Origin: Planctomycetia bacterium
Lineage (GTDB): Bacteria; Planctomycetota; Phycisphaerae; Phycisphaerales; SM1A02
Assembly: GCA_005792145.1 (NCBI GenBank)
Contig: SXSS01000046.1
Span: 649 to 64,648, forward strand
Length of the DNA: 64,000 nucleotides
Direction: 5' to 3'
Shown: one piece after another, positions 38,557 through 48,692 of the stretch
How the letters are laid out: every line of letters starts with the position of its first letter
How positions within the stretch are numbered: position 1 is the first letter of the stretch
Position numbers and translations under genes: made by a program
Notes under the pieces: generated by a model
The model's database searches: none
The model's input: only the letters and a program-made list of their open reading frames with translations
What the model was told of the DNA's origin: nothing

Positions 38557-38581
38557 AAATGGCTACGATTCATCTCCCCTT

Positions 38582-38668
38582 GGTGGGGTGGCAGAGTGGT
38601 CGAACGCGCCTGACTTGAAATCCGGTATGCCTGCAAGGGCATCGTGGGTTCGAATCCCACCCCCACCG
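38582..38668 (+). tRNA. tRNA-Ser (anticodon UGA)
   Basis: Acceptor GGTGGGG/CCCCACC, anticodon loop CTTGAAA, long variable arm ATGCC-TGCAAG-GGCAT, T-arm GTGGG-TTCGAAT-CCCAC and discriminator G. No CCA is encoded. There is one mismatch each in the D and anticodon stems. Confidence 0.8.
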
Positions 38669-38735
38669 TTCTCTATAGTTTCGTTACGCACATTTTTGTG
38701 GCGAGTGATCGTCACCTTCGTGAAGGAATTTCAGA

Positions 38736-41700
38736 ATGGTCTTCCAATTTCCAATCGTCTGCTTTCTTGCTTTCGCTCCATTTCAAACTACCCAAGATTC
38801 GCCGCCCAATGCGGCGATGTTGCGATATCCAGATATCAGTCAGAGTCGCATCGTCTTCTCATATGCGAATGGATTGTGGACCGTCGACAAAAATGGCGGA
38901 GTGGCGCAACCCGTTGCAGATCCTCCGGGCGCAGAAGTCTTTGCGCGGTTCTCTTCAGATGGAAAGTCCGTTGCATTCCTTGGAAATTATGATGGCAACC
39001 GAGATATTTATGTCACGCCAATTGATGGTGGCATTCCCAAGCGTGTGACATATCACCCATCGGCAGAAACTCCCGCGGATTGGATGAGCGATGGTCGAAT
39101 CTTGTTCAGTGCGACTGGAATGGGAACATATCCACGCGCCCCGCAGATTTTGGCTGTTTCTGCGGATGGTGGACTGCCAACGGAGTTCCCCACGCCGTAT
39201 GGTGCGAATCCAACTTTGAGTGCCAACGGAAAGTTTCTCGCGTACACCCCACATTCAACGGACACTCGAACTTGGAAAAGATATCGCGGTGGAATGGCGA
39301 CGGATATTTGGGTCTATGACCTCACTGACAACACCGCAAAGCGCGTGACACAGTGGGAGGGAACTGACACGATTCCAATGTGGCACGGCGACACGCTCTA
39401 TTACTTGAGTGATGCGGGTCCGGAGCATCGCTTGAATGTTTGGTCATGCGATGCACAAGGCGGCAATCGCCGTCAAATCACAAGGTTTGCAGACTTCGAC
39501 ATCAAGTGGCCATCGATCGGGCCAGATGATGGGTCCGTCGGCGAGATCGTCTTTCAGAATGGCGCGAGTTTGATGGTTCTCAATCTTGCAACCCGCGAAA
39601 CGCGAACGGTGACAGTCAAGATTCCTGGCGCGCGCGCGAAATTGCGTCCGCAGACAATTGACGCGAGCGCATTTATCGATGGATGGGATATTTCTCCATC
39701 TGGAAAACGCGCGATTGTTGCAGCGCGTGGAGACATTTGGACTCTTCCCGCAGAAAACGGAATCCCGCGCAATTTGACCAACAGCAATGGCCTCGCCGAG
39801 CGCGAGCCAACTTGGAGCCCCGATGGAAAGTCGATCGCGTTCTTCGATGATTCGACAGAGAATGGATATGAAATTTTTATTATGCCAGCAGATGGCACAG
39901 GCACGAAACGGCAACTGACAAAGTCCAATGGGGCATTCAAGTCCGATCTGAACTGGAGCCCTGATTCCAAGAAAATTACATTCGCCGCAATGACGAATTC
40001 GCTTTTCATGGTCGATGTTGAAAGTGGCGAACAAAAACTTGTTGACCGCGAAGAGTGGGATGATGGCGCTCCCCGAGCGAAGTGGAGTCACGATTCATCG
40101 TGGATCACATATCTCAAGTCCGATGCATCTGGTCGCTCAAACCAAGTCGTGATTTATGACGTGGAGTCCGGCGAAAAGCACGAAGTGACCTCGCCTGCTT
40201 TCGGCAGCAATTTGCCAACATTCGATCGGGCTGGAGAATGGTTGTATTACACCAGTGATCAGGAGTTCACACCAAAGTATGGATCGATGGATTCCACTTG
40301 GATTTATGATAATTCAGAAGTGATGCTTGCTATTCCTCTGCGTGCGAGCGTGAAGGCGGCGTGGCAGACGACAGAGAGTGACGAAGAAGTTCCTGCGGCC
40401 AAGAAAAAGCCAAAGCAAGCGAAGGGTGCGAAGGATGCGAAGCCCGCCGATGATGATGCGAAGCCCGCCGATGATGATGCGAAGCCCGCCGATGATGATG
40501 CGAAGCCTGCCGATGATGATGCGAAGCCTGCCGAGGATGATGATGCGAAGCCCGCCGATGATGATGCGAAACCCGCGGATGCTGATGCGAAACCCGCGGA
40601 TGCTGATGCGAAACCCTCGGATGCTCCTGTCGTTGCGACGGAGATAAAGACAGATGCTCCAGTTGCAACTCCAGAAAAATCGAAACGCAAAGGTTTTGCG
40701 ATTGACTTTGACAACATCGAATCCCGAGCAGTTCGAATTCCTGGTGTAAGCCGTGGTGCATTTGGAAATCTTGCCGTCAATGACAAAGGCCTTCTGATCT
40801 ATACACGCCGCGGCGACAATGGCGGAATCAAGATCATCGATGCTCGCGAAAAGAAACCCACTGAAAAAGTCGTCACAACCGGCGGCGGATTTGTTCTCAC
40901 CGCAGACGGGAAAAAGATTCTCATCCCAGAAGGTGCAAACGCACGCATCGTCGATGCTTCAGCGGGCGGGGCTTCCAAACCAGTTGTGACAAAACCAATG
41001 GTGGTTGAGATTGATCCACGCGCAGAATGGCGGCAAATGGTTGGCGATGCTTGGCTAGTCTTTCGAGACTTTTTCTATGACCCCAATATGCACCAAGTGG
41101 ATTGGCCTGCGATACGCGCGCGTTACATCGCCCTCGTTGAAGATGCGAACAGTCGAGAAGATGTTTCGTTCATCATTTCAGAGATGATCTCGGAGTTGAA
41201 TGTTGGTCACGCGTATTACAACGGCGGCGATGTCGAAGGAAGTTCCACAACCAACACAGGATTGCTCGGCGTTGACTTTGATATCGGCTCTGCCCCTGCG
41301 CCTGATGGAACCACTGCAAGCGCCTATCAAATCAAGCGCATTTATGAAGGCGCCGCGTGGGATTCCGACGCACGAAATCCTCTGCGTTCTCCTGGAGTCA
41401 ATATAAAGGAAGGCGAATTTATTCTCGCCGTCAATGGAACACCGATCGACTTGAAGAAGGCGCCATGGGCTGCATTCGTTGGTCTTGGCGACAAGACGGT
41501 CACACTGCTCATTTCTGCGAAACCATTTCGGGACGAGACCGCACGAAGTGTTGTGGTCACCACTATCGACAGCGATGCGGACTTGCGATACCGATCATGG
41601 ATCGAAGCGAATCGTGCCTATGTCAATCGCAAGACAGAGGGCCGCGTGGGATATGTTTATGTTCCAAATACTGGAACGGATGGGCAGAATGATCTCATGC

Positions 41701-42284
41701 GCCAATTCGTTGGACAGCGCGGAAAAGATGCGCTCATCATCGACGAACGTTGGAATGGCGGCGGCCAGATTCCAACGAGATTCATCGAACTTCTTGATCG
41801 CCCTGTGACCAATTGGTGGGCGTTGCGCGATACACGCAGTCAAGCATGGCCCCAAGATGGACACTTTGGTCCAAAGGCAATGTTGATCAATGGACTCGCT
41901 GGTTCTGGAGGCGATATGTTTCCGTGGCTCTTTCGCCAAGCGAAACTTGGTCCACTGGTGGGAACTCGAACCTGGGGCGGGCTGGTGGGAATTTCAGGCA
42001 ACCCTGGACTTGTCGATGGCGGCGGAGTGCGCGTGCCGAAATTTGCGTTCTATGAAAAAGATGGAACGTGGGGAGTCGAAGGTCACGGTGTTGATCCGGA
42101 CGTGCTGGTTATTGATGATCCCGCGGTGATGCGTGGTGGACCATCGCGAGGTGGAATCGATCCGCAAATGGATGTTGCGATCGACTTGATGGAGAAAGCG
42201 ATTCGCGAAGAGCCGTTCAAGGTTGTTCCAACTCCGCCATATCCAGATCGTCGCGGGATGGGAATGCCGACTGCGGATCATTAG
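38736..42284 (+). CDS. tricorn protease homolog (beta-propellers + PDZ + S41 peptidase)
   Basis: 1182 aa. Signal-like N-terminus, then MLRYPDISQSRIVFSYANGLWTV...FSSDGKSVAFLGNYDGNRDIY and repeated PD40-like SPDGK motifs. The S41-like C-terminus has DERWNGGG. Confidence 0.85.
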   Translation: MVFQFPIVCFLAFAPFQTTQDSPPNAAMLRYPDISQSRIVFSYANGLWTVDKNGGVAQPVADPPGAEVFARFSSDGKSVAFLGNYDGNRDIYVTPIDGGIPKRVTYHPSAETPADWMSDGRILFSATGMGTYPRAPQILAVSADGGLPTEFPTPYGANPTLSANGKFLAYTPHSTDTRTWKRYRGGMATDIWVYDLTDNTAKRVTQWEGTDTIPMWHGDTLYYLSDAGPEHRLNVWSCDAQGGNRRQITRFADFDIKWPSIGPDDGSVGEIVFQNGASLMVLNLATRETRTVTVKIPGARAKLRPQTIDASAFIDGWDISPSGKRAIVAARGDIWTLPAENGIPRNLTNSNGLAEREPTWSPDGKSIAFFDDSTENGYEIFIMPADGTGTKRQLTKSNGAFKSDLNWSPDSKKITFAAMTNSLFMVDVESGEQKLVDREEWDDGAPRAKWSHDSSWITYLKSDASGRSNQVVIYDVESGEKHEVTSPAFGSNLPTFDRAGEWLYYTSDQEFTPKYGSMDSTWIYDNSEVMLAIPLRASVKAAWQTTESDEEVPAAKKKPKQAKGAKDAKPADDDAKPADDDAKPADDDAKPADDDAKPAEDDDAKPADDDAKPADADAKPADADAKPSDAPVVATEIKTDAPVATPEKSKRKGFAIDFDNIESRAVRIPGVSRGAFGNLAVNDKGLLIYTRRGDNGGIKIIDAREKKPTEKVVTTGGGFVLTADGKKILIPEGANARIVDASAGGASKPVVTKPMVVEIDPRAEWRQMVGDAWLVFRDFFYDPNMHQVDWPAIRARYIALVEDANSREDVSFIISEMISELNVGHAYYNGGDVEGSSTTNTGLLGVDFDIGSAPAPDGTTASAYQIKRIYEGAAWDSDARNPLRSPGVNIKEGEFILAVNGTPIDLKKAPWAAFVGLGDKTVTLLISAKPFRDETARSVVVTTIDSDADLRYRSWIEANRAYVNRKTEGRVGYVYVPNTGTDGQNDLMRQFVGQRGKDALIIDERWNGGGQIPTRFIELLDRPVTNWWALRDTRSQAWPQDGHFGPKAMLINGLAGSGGDMFPWLFRQAKLGPLVGTRTWGGLVGISGNPGLVDGGGVRVPKFAFYEKDGTWGVEGHGVDPDVLVIDDPAVMRGGPSRGGIDPQMDVAIDLMEKAIREEPFKVVPTPPYPDRRGMGMPTADH
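40437..40625 (+). repeat. about 9 copies of a 21-nt coding tandem repeat (AKPADDD)n inside the tricorn-like gene
   Basis: gcgaagcccgccgatgatgat is iterated with point variants and one 24-nt unit. It translates to AKPADDD x4, AKPAEDDD, AKPADDD, AKPADAD x2 and AKPSDA. Confidence 0.95.
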
Positions 42285-42456
42285 TTGATAGGGCTCAGAT
42301 GTGGTGCGTAAGTATTTTCGCAGCGGACTGTTTTTGCCCCAAGGCTCAAACATTTTGCGCTCGTGGACAAATCACATTTTCCCGCAAAAGATTTTCAGAT
42401 CTGAATTCGTGTCGTCAGTTGCGGCTCGATGTTTGCCGTCCAACAATAATCCCTGA

Positions 42457-44562
42457 CTAATTTGGCTTCGTTTCCGGTATGTCAGTTGCAAACGGCGGCG
42501 CCGGAAATCCAGCAGAATTCACCAGATTTGCGCGCACTGGATTACAGCTCCACGCATAACGAACAGAGGCAGGTGTTTGCACTTTGGGACTCGACAGAAT
42601 GACTGTCGAGCCATCGATTTTCGCATCTGCCCACTCAAACTTTCCATCCGATCCCGCAATCGCAAATCCACCAACTGGCGCTCCATTGGCGCCCGCAAGT
42701 CCATCCGCATGGTCGAAAGCAATAATCATCTTCGCACCTTGCACTGAACTTGATTGATAGAGCGGCCCAGAAAATTCTCCGCCGCGCGCATACACCTGCG
42801 CAAGCGCCCACGCCGCAAGACGATCCGCAACGGCCTTCTTGTTCCGAGGATGAATATCGTTCGCATCACCAACATCGATCGCAACTGCAAGACCGCAGTG
42901 CGGCACAACTCGCGCGGTATTGGACTGAGCGTCTCGAAGCGCGGACCACTCTCCTTCGACAGGGTTGTCGCTCGCCTCAAGGAATCCGGCTAACTGCACA
43001 ATGCCGAAAGGAAAATCTCCCTCGTTCCACTTCGTGCGCCATGCACGAATCATCAGTGGAAGAAGTTCACGATATTGATCGGCCTCTCCTGCGTTTGATT
43101 CGCCTTGATACCAAAGCGCTCCGCGAATTGCGAAAGGAACAACGGGCGCCATCATCGCATTCCACATCGAACCGAACGAAGCCCATTGAGCCTGAGGATG
43201 CGATGGCGCCTGCGGTGGGTTTGGTGCTTGCACCGTCGAAGTCGATCCGCGCTTCCACTGCCATTCACCCGCGAGAGCGATCGGATTTGTATCAGTTGCG
43301 CCGACTCCAGCTGTCGACACCAATGTCATCTCCATTGCTTCTGCTTTTCCAGTAAATCCGCCAGCACCTTGTGTATCAACAATCAATACAGCGATTTCAT
43401 TTACGCCTGCGTGGAGAGTTGCACCAGGAACCGAATATGTTCGCGGCGCTTGCCATAAACCTGTTGTCCGTCCGACTTCGGTGCCGTTGATCCAAACGAT
43501 GTCGCTCTCATCGATTGGACCGAGGAACAATTTCGCATCTCGCCCTGCCCACGAATTTGGCAAAGTGAATGTGCGCCGCCACCAAGAGGCTCCATCAAAG
43601 TCTGCGAGTGATTCTGTTCCTGCGACAGTTCCAAAGACTCCTGGAACTTGTGCCGCACGCCATGAGTGCGCCACATCCGCGGATTCGGTGGCCCAGTGAT
43701 TTGCGAATCCACTTTCGTTCAACTGAAAAGTTTTCCAATATGCGGTGATTGCATCTTGATATGCGCTCGCCTGCCCTTCCATCAACTTTTGCATTTGTGC
43801 CGACGACATCTGCTCAAATGTTGCGCCAGCTCTTTGCTGATCCGCGACAGATGCGGTGAACATCGGATGCGTCAATGCGATATCCGCTGGAGTCCACGGC
43901 TCCGCGCGCGTTCCACCCCAATTGATCGAGAGGATTCCAACTGGAACATCGAGCGTCGAGCCAACTTTGGCCGCAAACCAACTGCCAATTGCCGTGAATC
44001 CAAGCGCATTTTGCGGCGTTGCAACCACCCAGTTCGTCGGCAAATCTTCCTCGGGATGAGCGGACATCTCGTGCGCGGGAGTGAAGCATCGCACCGTCGA
44101 AGGCAGTCTCTGAGCGAGCGCATCGCCTCCAGTGCTTCCTTGAACATTCCATTCCATATTCGATTGACCACCGCAAAGCCACACTTCTCCAACAAGCACA
44201 TCGCTGCGTTGCACACTCTCGCCAGCACACGCAATCTTCATCATTAGTGGATTCTTACAAGCATTCATCGCAGGAAGTCGAGCCATAAACTTTCCGTCGT
44301 CGCCTGACTTCGCCTGCACGCTATTGATCACCTTCCCACTTGCGTCGACGATTGAAACTTCGACCATCTGCCCAGCTTTCGCTCGTCCCCAAATCGGAAC
44401 AACCATGTCGCGCTGAAGAACCATATGGTCGGAGATCACTGATGGCAGAGTGATGTCAGCGCGAGCAGTCGCGGTCAGCGTGATCCAAAGGAGTGCAAGT
44501 GCAATCAAGTTGTTTGGCGCGCGGAAGTTTGAAAAGAAATTCCATTGGTTGACGATTTTCAT
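42457..44562 (-). CDS. sialate O-acetylesterase-like carbohydrate esterase (SASA family)
   Basis: Trimmed to the ATG at 44562 (MKIVNQWNFF...), which overlaps the upstream stop (ATGA). It contains LPSVISDHMVLQRD and EVWLCGGQSNMEW. Confidence 0.8.
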   Translation of the reverse strand: MKIVNQWNFFSNFRAPNNLIALALLWITLTATARADITLPSVISDHMVLQRDMVVPIWGRAKAGQMVEVSIVDASGKVINSVQAKSGDDGKFMARLPAMNACKNPLMMKIACAGESVQRSDVLVGEVWLCGGQSNMEWNVQGSTGGDALAQRLPSTVRCFTPAHEMSAHPEEDLPTNWVVATPQNALGFTAIGSWFAAKVGSTLDVPVGILSINWGGTRAEPWTPADIALTHPMFTASVADQQRAGATFEQMSSAQMQKLMEGQASAYQDAITAYWKTFQLNESGFANHWATESADVAHSWRAAQVPGVFGTVAGTESLADFDGASWWRRTFTLPNSWAGRDAKLFLGPIDESDIVWINGTEVGRTTGLWQAPRTYSVPGATLHAGVNEIAVLIVDTQGAGGFTGKAEAMEMTLVSTAGVGATDTNPIALAGEWQWKRGSTSTVQAPNPPQAPSHPQAQWASFGSMWNAMMAPVVPFAIRGALWYQGESNAGEADQYRELLPLMIRAWRTKWNEGDFPFGIVQLAGFLEASDNPVEGEWSALRDAQSNTARVVPHCGLAVAIDVGDANDIHPRNKKAVADRLAAWALAQVYARGGEFSGPLYQSSSVQGAKMIIAFDHADGLAGANGAPVGGFAIAGSDGKFEWADAKIDGSTVILSSPKVQTPASVRYAWSCNPVRANLVNSAGFPAPPFATDIPETKPN

Positions 44563-45650
44563 CGCACTGTTGTACCCACACTGGGAATAAGAATGAGATC
44601 CTGAGCAGCATTGACTGACGAGTTTGGAATTGCGGGCAATCCAAGCATCATCAACACAAGATTTCCCGCCTCCGCGTTTCGTATGGGTTTTGCTCCTTCG
44701 GTACGCGGATTTTCGGCTTTGTCTGGACGGATTCGTGTGGTATTGATCGCATACAGATCCGACGGGGCTTGATCGACTCCCAACCAAACAAGAAACGGAA
44801 TCGTGAAATTGATTGGTGCTTTGGAATCAGTGTGACTGCGCGGTGGAACGCCACCACCATGATCGGATGTCAAAACAATTGCGACATGGCCGCGCAATGC
44901 AGCGTTGGAATCAATACCTGAAAGCAATCTGCCGATTGCACTGTCAACGCGAAGGACTGCTTTGCGATATTCCGTTTCGTCCGCGAGATCCCACGCTCCT
45001 GCATGACCAGCGCTGTCGGTCTCCGCGAAGTGCACGAAAGATAAACTCCGCCCACCTTTCTCTGCGGAATGCTGTATGAATTTCAGAGTTTCTGATACGA
45101 CTTGATCACTCTCTTTGCAAGTGATGAAAGTATCAATCTTGTCGCGACCATCATCCGTGCCAACGATGTCCACCGCCCCATTGGTTTCGTCATAACTCTG
45201 ATCCAACAACACGAACTTGCTTTTCGCGACAACGACAGCAGTTGCGACTCCTCGATCGCTTGCAACATCAAACATGCTTGCAACATATTCTCCGTGCATC
45301 TCATTGAGTGTTCCCCCTGCTCCGGGCTTTGGGGGATTCGAATTCCCAAGCCAGTTATGCCCAGAAGGACCAGCGAAAAGTCGCCCCGTCACCATCCCAA
45401 CATGATTCGGAAGCGTGACGGTCGAATCCGGATCAGTGCGCGCTTCGAATGTATGGGGTCCTCGCAGAAGTCGAGCCATCGAAGGATGAGTCTCAATCAA
45501 CGGCGATTGCAACAATTCCGAGCGCAAACCATCAACGCTGATCAAGATGACGTGATTGATCGCGTTCGTATTTTTTGGGGGCGAGGTATTTGAAGAATCG
45601 GTTGCCATACAAATGGCAGAGACGATCAGTGAGAAACAGCCAAGCATCAC
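44559..45650 (-). CDS. alkaline-phosphatase-superfamily nucleotide pyrophosphatase/phosphodiesterase-like protein
   Basis: Signal-like N-terminus, VILISVDGLRSE, TLPNHVGMVTG and HFAETDSAGHAGAW. Confidence 0.75.
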   Translation of the reverse strand: MMLGCFSLIVSAICMATDSSNTSPPKNTNAINHVILISVDGLRSELLQSPLIETHPSMARLLRGPHTFEARTDPDSTVTLPNHVGMVTGRLFAGPSGHNWLGNSNPPKPGAGGTLNEMHGEYVASMFDVASDRGVATAVVVAKSKFVLLDQSYDETNGAVDIVGTDDGRDKIDTFITCKESDQVVSETLKFIQHSAEKGGRSLSFVHFAETDSAGHAGAWDLADETEYRKAVLRVDSAIGRLLSGIDSNAALRGHVAIVLTSDHGGGVPPRSHTDSKAPINFTIPFLVWLGVDQAPSDLYAINTTRIRPDKAENPRTEGAKPIRNAEAGNLVLMMLGLPAIPNSSVNAAQDLILIPSVGTTVR

Positions 45651-45789
45651 AAAATGATAAGTCTTGTTGAGATATAATTACGGATACTTATTGTAAATCT
45701 TCCGTTCATTCCTTGGCTTGTCAGTCCATCCGAAACTGTTATGATCCCTTGCCACGAATGACTCCATAGTCATTGGACAGGGCTGATTT

Positions 45790-45861
45790 GCGGGCGTAGC
45801 TCAGTGGTAGAGCGCAACCTTGCCAAGGTTGATGTCGAGGGTTCGAGTCCCTTCGCCCGCT
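45790..45861 (+). tRNA. tRNA-Gly (anticodon GCC)
   Basis: GCGGGCG-TA-GCTC-AGTGGTA-GAGC-G-CAACC-TTGCCAA-GGTTG-ATGTC-GAGGG-TTCGAGT-CCCTT-CGCCCGC-T. This is a canonical 72-nt cloverleaf. Confidence 0.95.
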
Positions 45862-45872
45862 TTTCGAAATCA

Positions 45873-45902
45873 AACCCGAAGCACCACGCTTCGGGTTTTT
45901 TA
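45873..45902 (+). terminator. rho-independent terminator after tRNA-Gly (possibly bidirectional, also downstream of ptrB)
   Basis: AACCCGAAGC-accac-GCTTCGGGTT followed by TTTTTATT. On the minus strand the stem is followed by TTTGATTT. Confidence 0.8.
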
Positions 45903-45984
45903 TTGAATTCGTACCTTCATAAACCATCTCAGCAGACTTTGCTGTCCGATTCCCTCGCTGTATCCGTGGCTCGAAAACTCGCGC

Positions 45985-48132
45985 TTATTTTGCTGGCGTA
46001 TTCGCAAGGTCAACAAAGAACGCATATTCAAGTGCAACCTGCTTCAACCGATTGAATCTTCCCGAATTGCCACCATGCCCCGCATCCATATTGACGCGCA
46101 ACAACAGCGGATTCTGATCGGTGCGCATCGCGCGCATCTTCGCGACATATTTGGTCGGCTCGTAATACTGCACTTGAGAATCCCACAAACCCGTCGTGAC
46201 CAACATCGCGGGATACGCCTTCTTTTCAATATGGTCATACGGCGAATACGAGCCGATGTATTCATACGCCGCCTTCTCGCGCGGATCTCCCCACTGAGTC
46301 CATTCATTGGTCGTCAACGGAATCGTCTCGTCAAGCATTGTCGTCAAGGCATCAACAAATGGCACATGCAATCCGATTCCTCGATATTTGTCCCCCGCTT
46401 GATTTGCGACTGCGCCCATCAACAATCCACCCGCCGATCCACCTGTCGCAAAAATCTTCTCTTTCGCGCCATACTTTTCCTTCACAAGAAAATCTGTTGC
46501 GTCTTCAAAGTCGTTAAAACTATTTTTCTTATGGGTCAATCTTCCATCTTCGTACCAATCTTGCCCTAAATCCGCGCCACCTCGCACATGCGCGGTTGCA
46601 AGCAAAAATCCGCGATCAAGCAACGAAACCTGATTGCCACTGAACTCGGCATCAGATGAAATTCCATATGCGCCGTATCCCTCTTGATAGACAGGCGCAC
46701 TGCCATCGCGCTTGAAACGATCCTTGCGCCAAGCAATCGAAATCGGAATGCGTTTTCCATCGCGCGACGGCGCCCAAATGCGCGTGGTTTCATAGAGCGA
46801 CTTGTCATAACCAATGACCGGCTGCACTTTGAGAACAGTTCGCGCGCCAGTTGCAAAGTCCACATCCCAGACTGTTTTTGGCGTGATCATCGATGTGTAA
46901 TTCACTCGAACGCTTGCCAGCGCAGGATCGAGGTTGGTGCCAAGTCCCATCGAAAACGCGGACTCATCCGCTGTGACGGTCAGCGGTTTTGCGCACGCAG
47001 GCTTTGCGCCCCACGGAATGATGCGAACGACGGAATTTGCATCAACTCGTTCAGCCACTGCGATCGCGCCATCAAAGATCGAGAACTCGTCGAGCGATGT
47101 CTCGGGACGATTGGGAATAATGATCTTCCACTTCGAATGATCGCTCGCCGCACCATCAAGCGCTTCAACCAACTTGAAATTCAGCGCGTTCTCATTCGTT
47201 CGAATCACCCACTTGCCATCAAGGAAATCCGCGTAATTGCGAACGCCCGCCATACGAGGAAGCACGATCGTCGGCGCCACCGTTGGCTGATTCGCAGGGA
47301 TCGCACGAAGTTCGGTCGTATCGAATCCATCCATCACGATGAGCACCTTGTCGTGATTACGACTCGACTCAACGCTTGTTCCCAAAGTCAGATCTGGCTC
47401 GTTATAGACAAGCACATCCTTGGCAGGATCAGTGCCGATTTCATGGCGATACACCGGCCCCGTCTGCAACAAAACAGGATCCTGCCGAATATAAAAAATG
47501 GTTTTATTGTCAAGCGCCCATGCGACATTTTCAAGAACACCCGGTATCGCATCGACAGATGTCACGCCAGTTCGCAAATTCTTGAATCGCAGCGTGCTAA
47601 TGCGACGACCCGTCACATCATCAGTCCACGCGAGCCACTGATTGTCGGGACTCACTTCAACTGCGCCAATTGAATAAAAAGGTTTTCCATTGCCAAGCGC
47701 AGGTCCATCAAGCAACACTTCTATTGGAGCGTTTGGTGTTGGACACTTGGGCGTCCCCGCTTGACGCTCATAAACAGGATATTCCGCACCAGCATCGAAT
47801 CGAATCGAATACCAATAGCCATGATCATAATTCGGTGGAGTCTGATCATCTTCTTTGATGCGACCGCGCATTTCGACGAGTATTTTTTCTTGCAGTGGAA
47901 GAAGCGCCGCAGTGACTGCATCCGTATATGCGTTTTCCGCGTTGAGATATGACAGAATCTCTGGACGCTTCGTCTTTGTATCGTCGTCGCGAATCCAGTA
48001 ATACTCATCGGTGCGATCGCCTTGCGGACTCTTGACCACAAATGGAATGCGTGGAGCCACCGGTGGCGTCGGTGCAGATTGAGTTTGAAAAGAAAGGGCC
48101 ATTGAAATGCACACAATAAAGAATGTGATCAT
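45985..48132 (-). CDS. ptrB: S9A serine peptidase, oligopeptidase B-like
   Basis: 715 aa. Signal-like N-terminus, DEYYWIRDD...PEILSYLNAENAYT, and the catalytic GGSAGGLLMG. Confidence 0.85.
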   Translation of the reverse strand: MITFFIVCISMALSFQTQSAPTPPVAPRIPFVVKSPQGDRTDEYYWIRDDDTKTKRPEILSYLNAENAYTDAVTAALLPLQEKILVEMRGRIKEDDQTPPNYDHGYWYSIRFDAGAEYPVYERQAGTPKCPTPNAPIEVLLDGPALGNGKPFYSIGAVEVSPDNQWLAWTDDVTGRRISTLRFKNLRTGVTSVDAIPGVLENVAWALDNKTIFYIRQDPVLLQTGPVYRHEIGTDPAKDVLVYNEPDLTLGTSVESSRNHDKVLIVMDGFDTTELRAIPANQPTVAPTIVLPRMAGVRNYADFLDGKWVIRTNENALNFKLVEALDGAASDHSKWKIIIPNRPETSLDEFSIFDGAIAVAERVDANSVVRIIPWGAKPACAKPLTVTADESAFSMGLGTNLDPALASVRVNYTSMITPKTVWDVDFATGARTVLKVQPVIGYDKSLYETTRIWAPSRDGKRIPISIAWRKDRFKRDGSAPVYQEGYGAYGISSDAEFSGNQVSLLDRGFLLATAHVRGGADLGQDWYEDGRLTHKKNSFNDFEDATDFLVKEKYGAKEKIFATGGSAGGLLMGAVANQAGDKYRGIGLHVPFVDALTTMLDETIPLTTNEWTQWGDPREKAAYEYIGSYSPYDHIEKKAYPAMLVTTGLWDSQVQYYEPTKYVAKMRAMRTDQNPLLLRVNMDAGHGGNSGRFNRLKQVALEYAFFVDLANTPAK

Positions 48133-48181
48133 GAAGCAAGGATGCTACGAAGTTCTGTCATCTTGACTAATCTGACGCGCA

Positions 48182-48643
48182 ATGAAAACAATGAATGCGC
48201 TTACCGCGACAATTTTCGGATTTGTAGCCCTTTTCGTGATAGCCGCATGTGATTCGACTTCCAATTCATCCATCCAGCCCATCGCATCACTTGCGGGTCA
48301 AACATGGAAATGCTCCACGCTCGATGGCACTGCAATCACAGCGACGCGATCACCAACTATTACTTTCGACGGCGCGGGGCGAGTCAACGGTTTTTCTGGA
48401 GTGAATCGCTTCGGAGGTTCTGTCGAATCTGCCAAGCCGGGCGATATTCACTTCGGCCAAATGATGAGCACAAAGATGGCTGGCCCTCCAGAACAAATGG
48501 CTCTTGAAAATTCTTTCCTCGACGCTCTTGCGCGTGCTGATCGATATGCCGTGGTGGACGCAAAACTAATTTTTTCTGCGGCGGACATAATCATTATTCA
48601 GTTCAAGAGTGAGCCGAATGAGAAGCCTTCGCCTGCAAACTAA
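48182..48643 (+). CDS. META domain lipoprotein (HslJ-like)
   Basis: Lipobox-like FVIAAC and the META pattern ITFDGAGRVNGFSGVNRFGG. Confidence 0.75.
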   Translation: MKTMNALTATIFGFVALFVIAACDSTSNSSIQPIASLAGQTWKCSTLDGTAITATRSPTITFDGAGRVNGFSGVNRFGGSVESAKPGDIHFGQMMSTKMAGPPEQMALENSFLDALARADRYAVVDAKLIFSAADIIIIQFKSEPNEKPSPAN

Positions 48644-48692
48644 TCCGTAAAATCCACACCTCGATTTGGATCTCGCAACCTACACTTTCAGG

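Noticed and set aside
38484-38666. ORFs overlapping the tRNA genes (38484..38666 minus, 38447..38992 plus, 45739..45927 minus, 45804..46055 plus)
   Set aside because: These regions fold as canonical tRNA-Ser and tRNA-Gly, so the ORFs are incidental.
40304-40786. 160-aa and 143-aa minus-strand ORFs with SSAGFASS or HHRRASH repeats
   Set aside because: They are mirror images of the 21-nt (AKPADDD)n repeat in the tricorn-like gene and exist only because the repeat lacks stops in other frames.
42285-42456. Possible terminator between the tricorn-like gene and the esterase gene (TTTTGCG ... CGCAAAA)
   Set aside because: The stem is only 7 bp with a 23-nt loop, which is too weak to call.
46684-47673. 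329-aa + strand ORF inside ptrB
   Set aside because: It is antisense to a well-supported S9 peptidase, and its composition is R/I/H-rich and non-protein-like.
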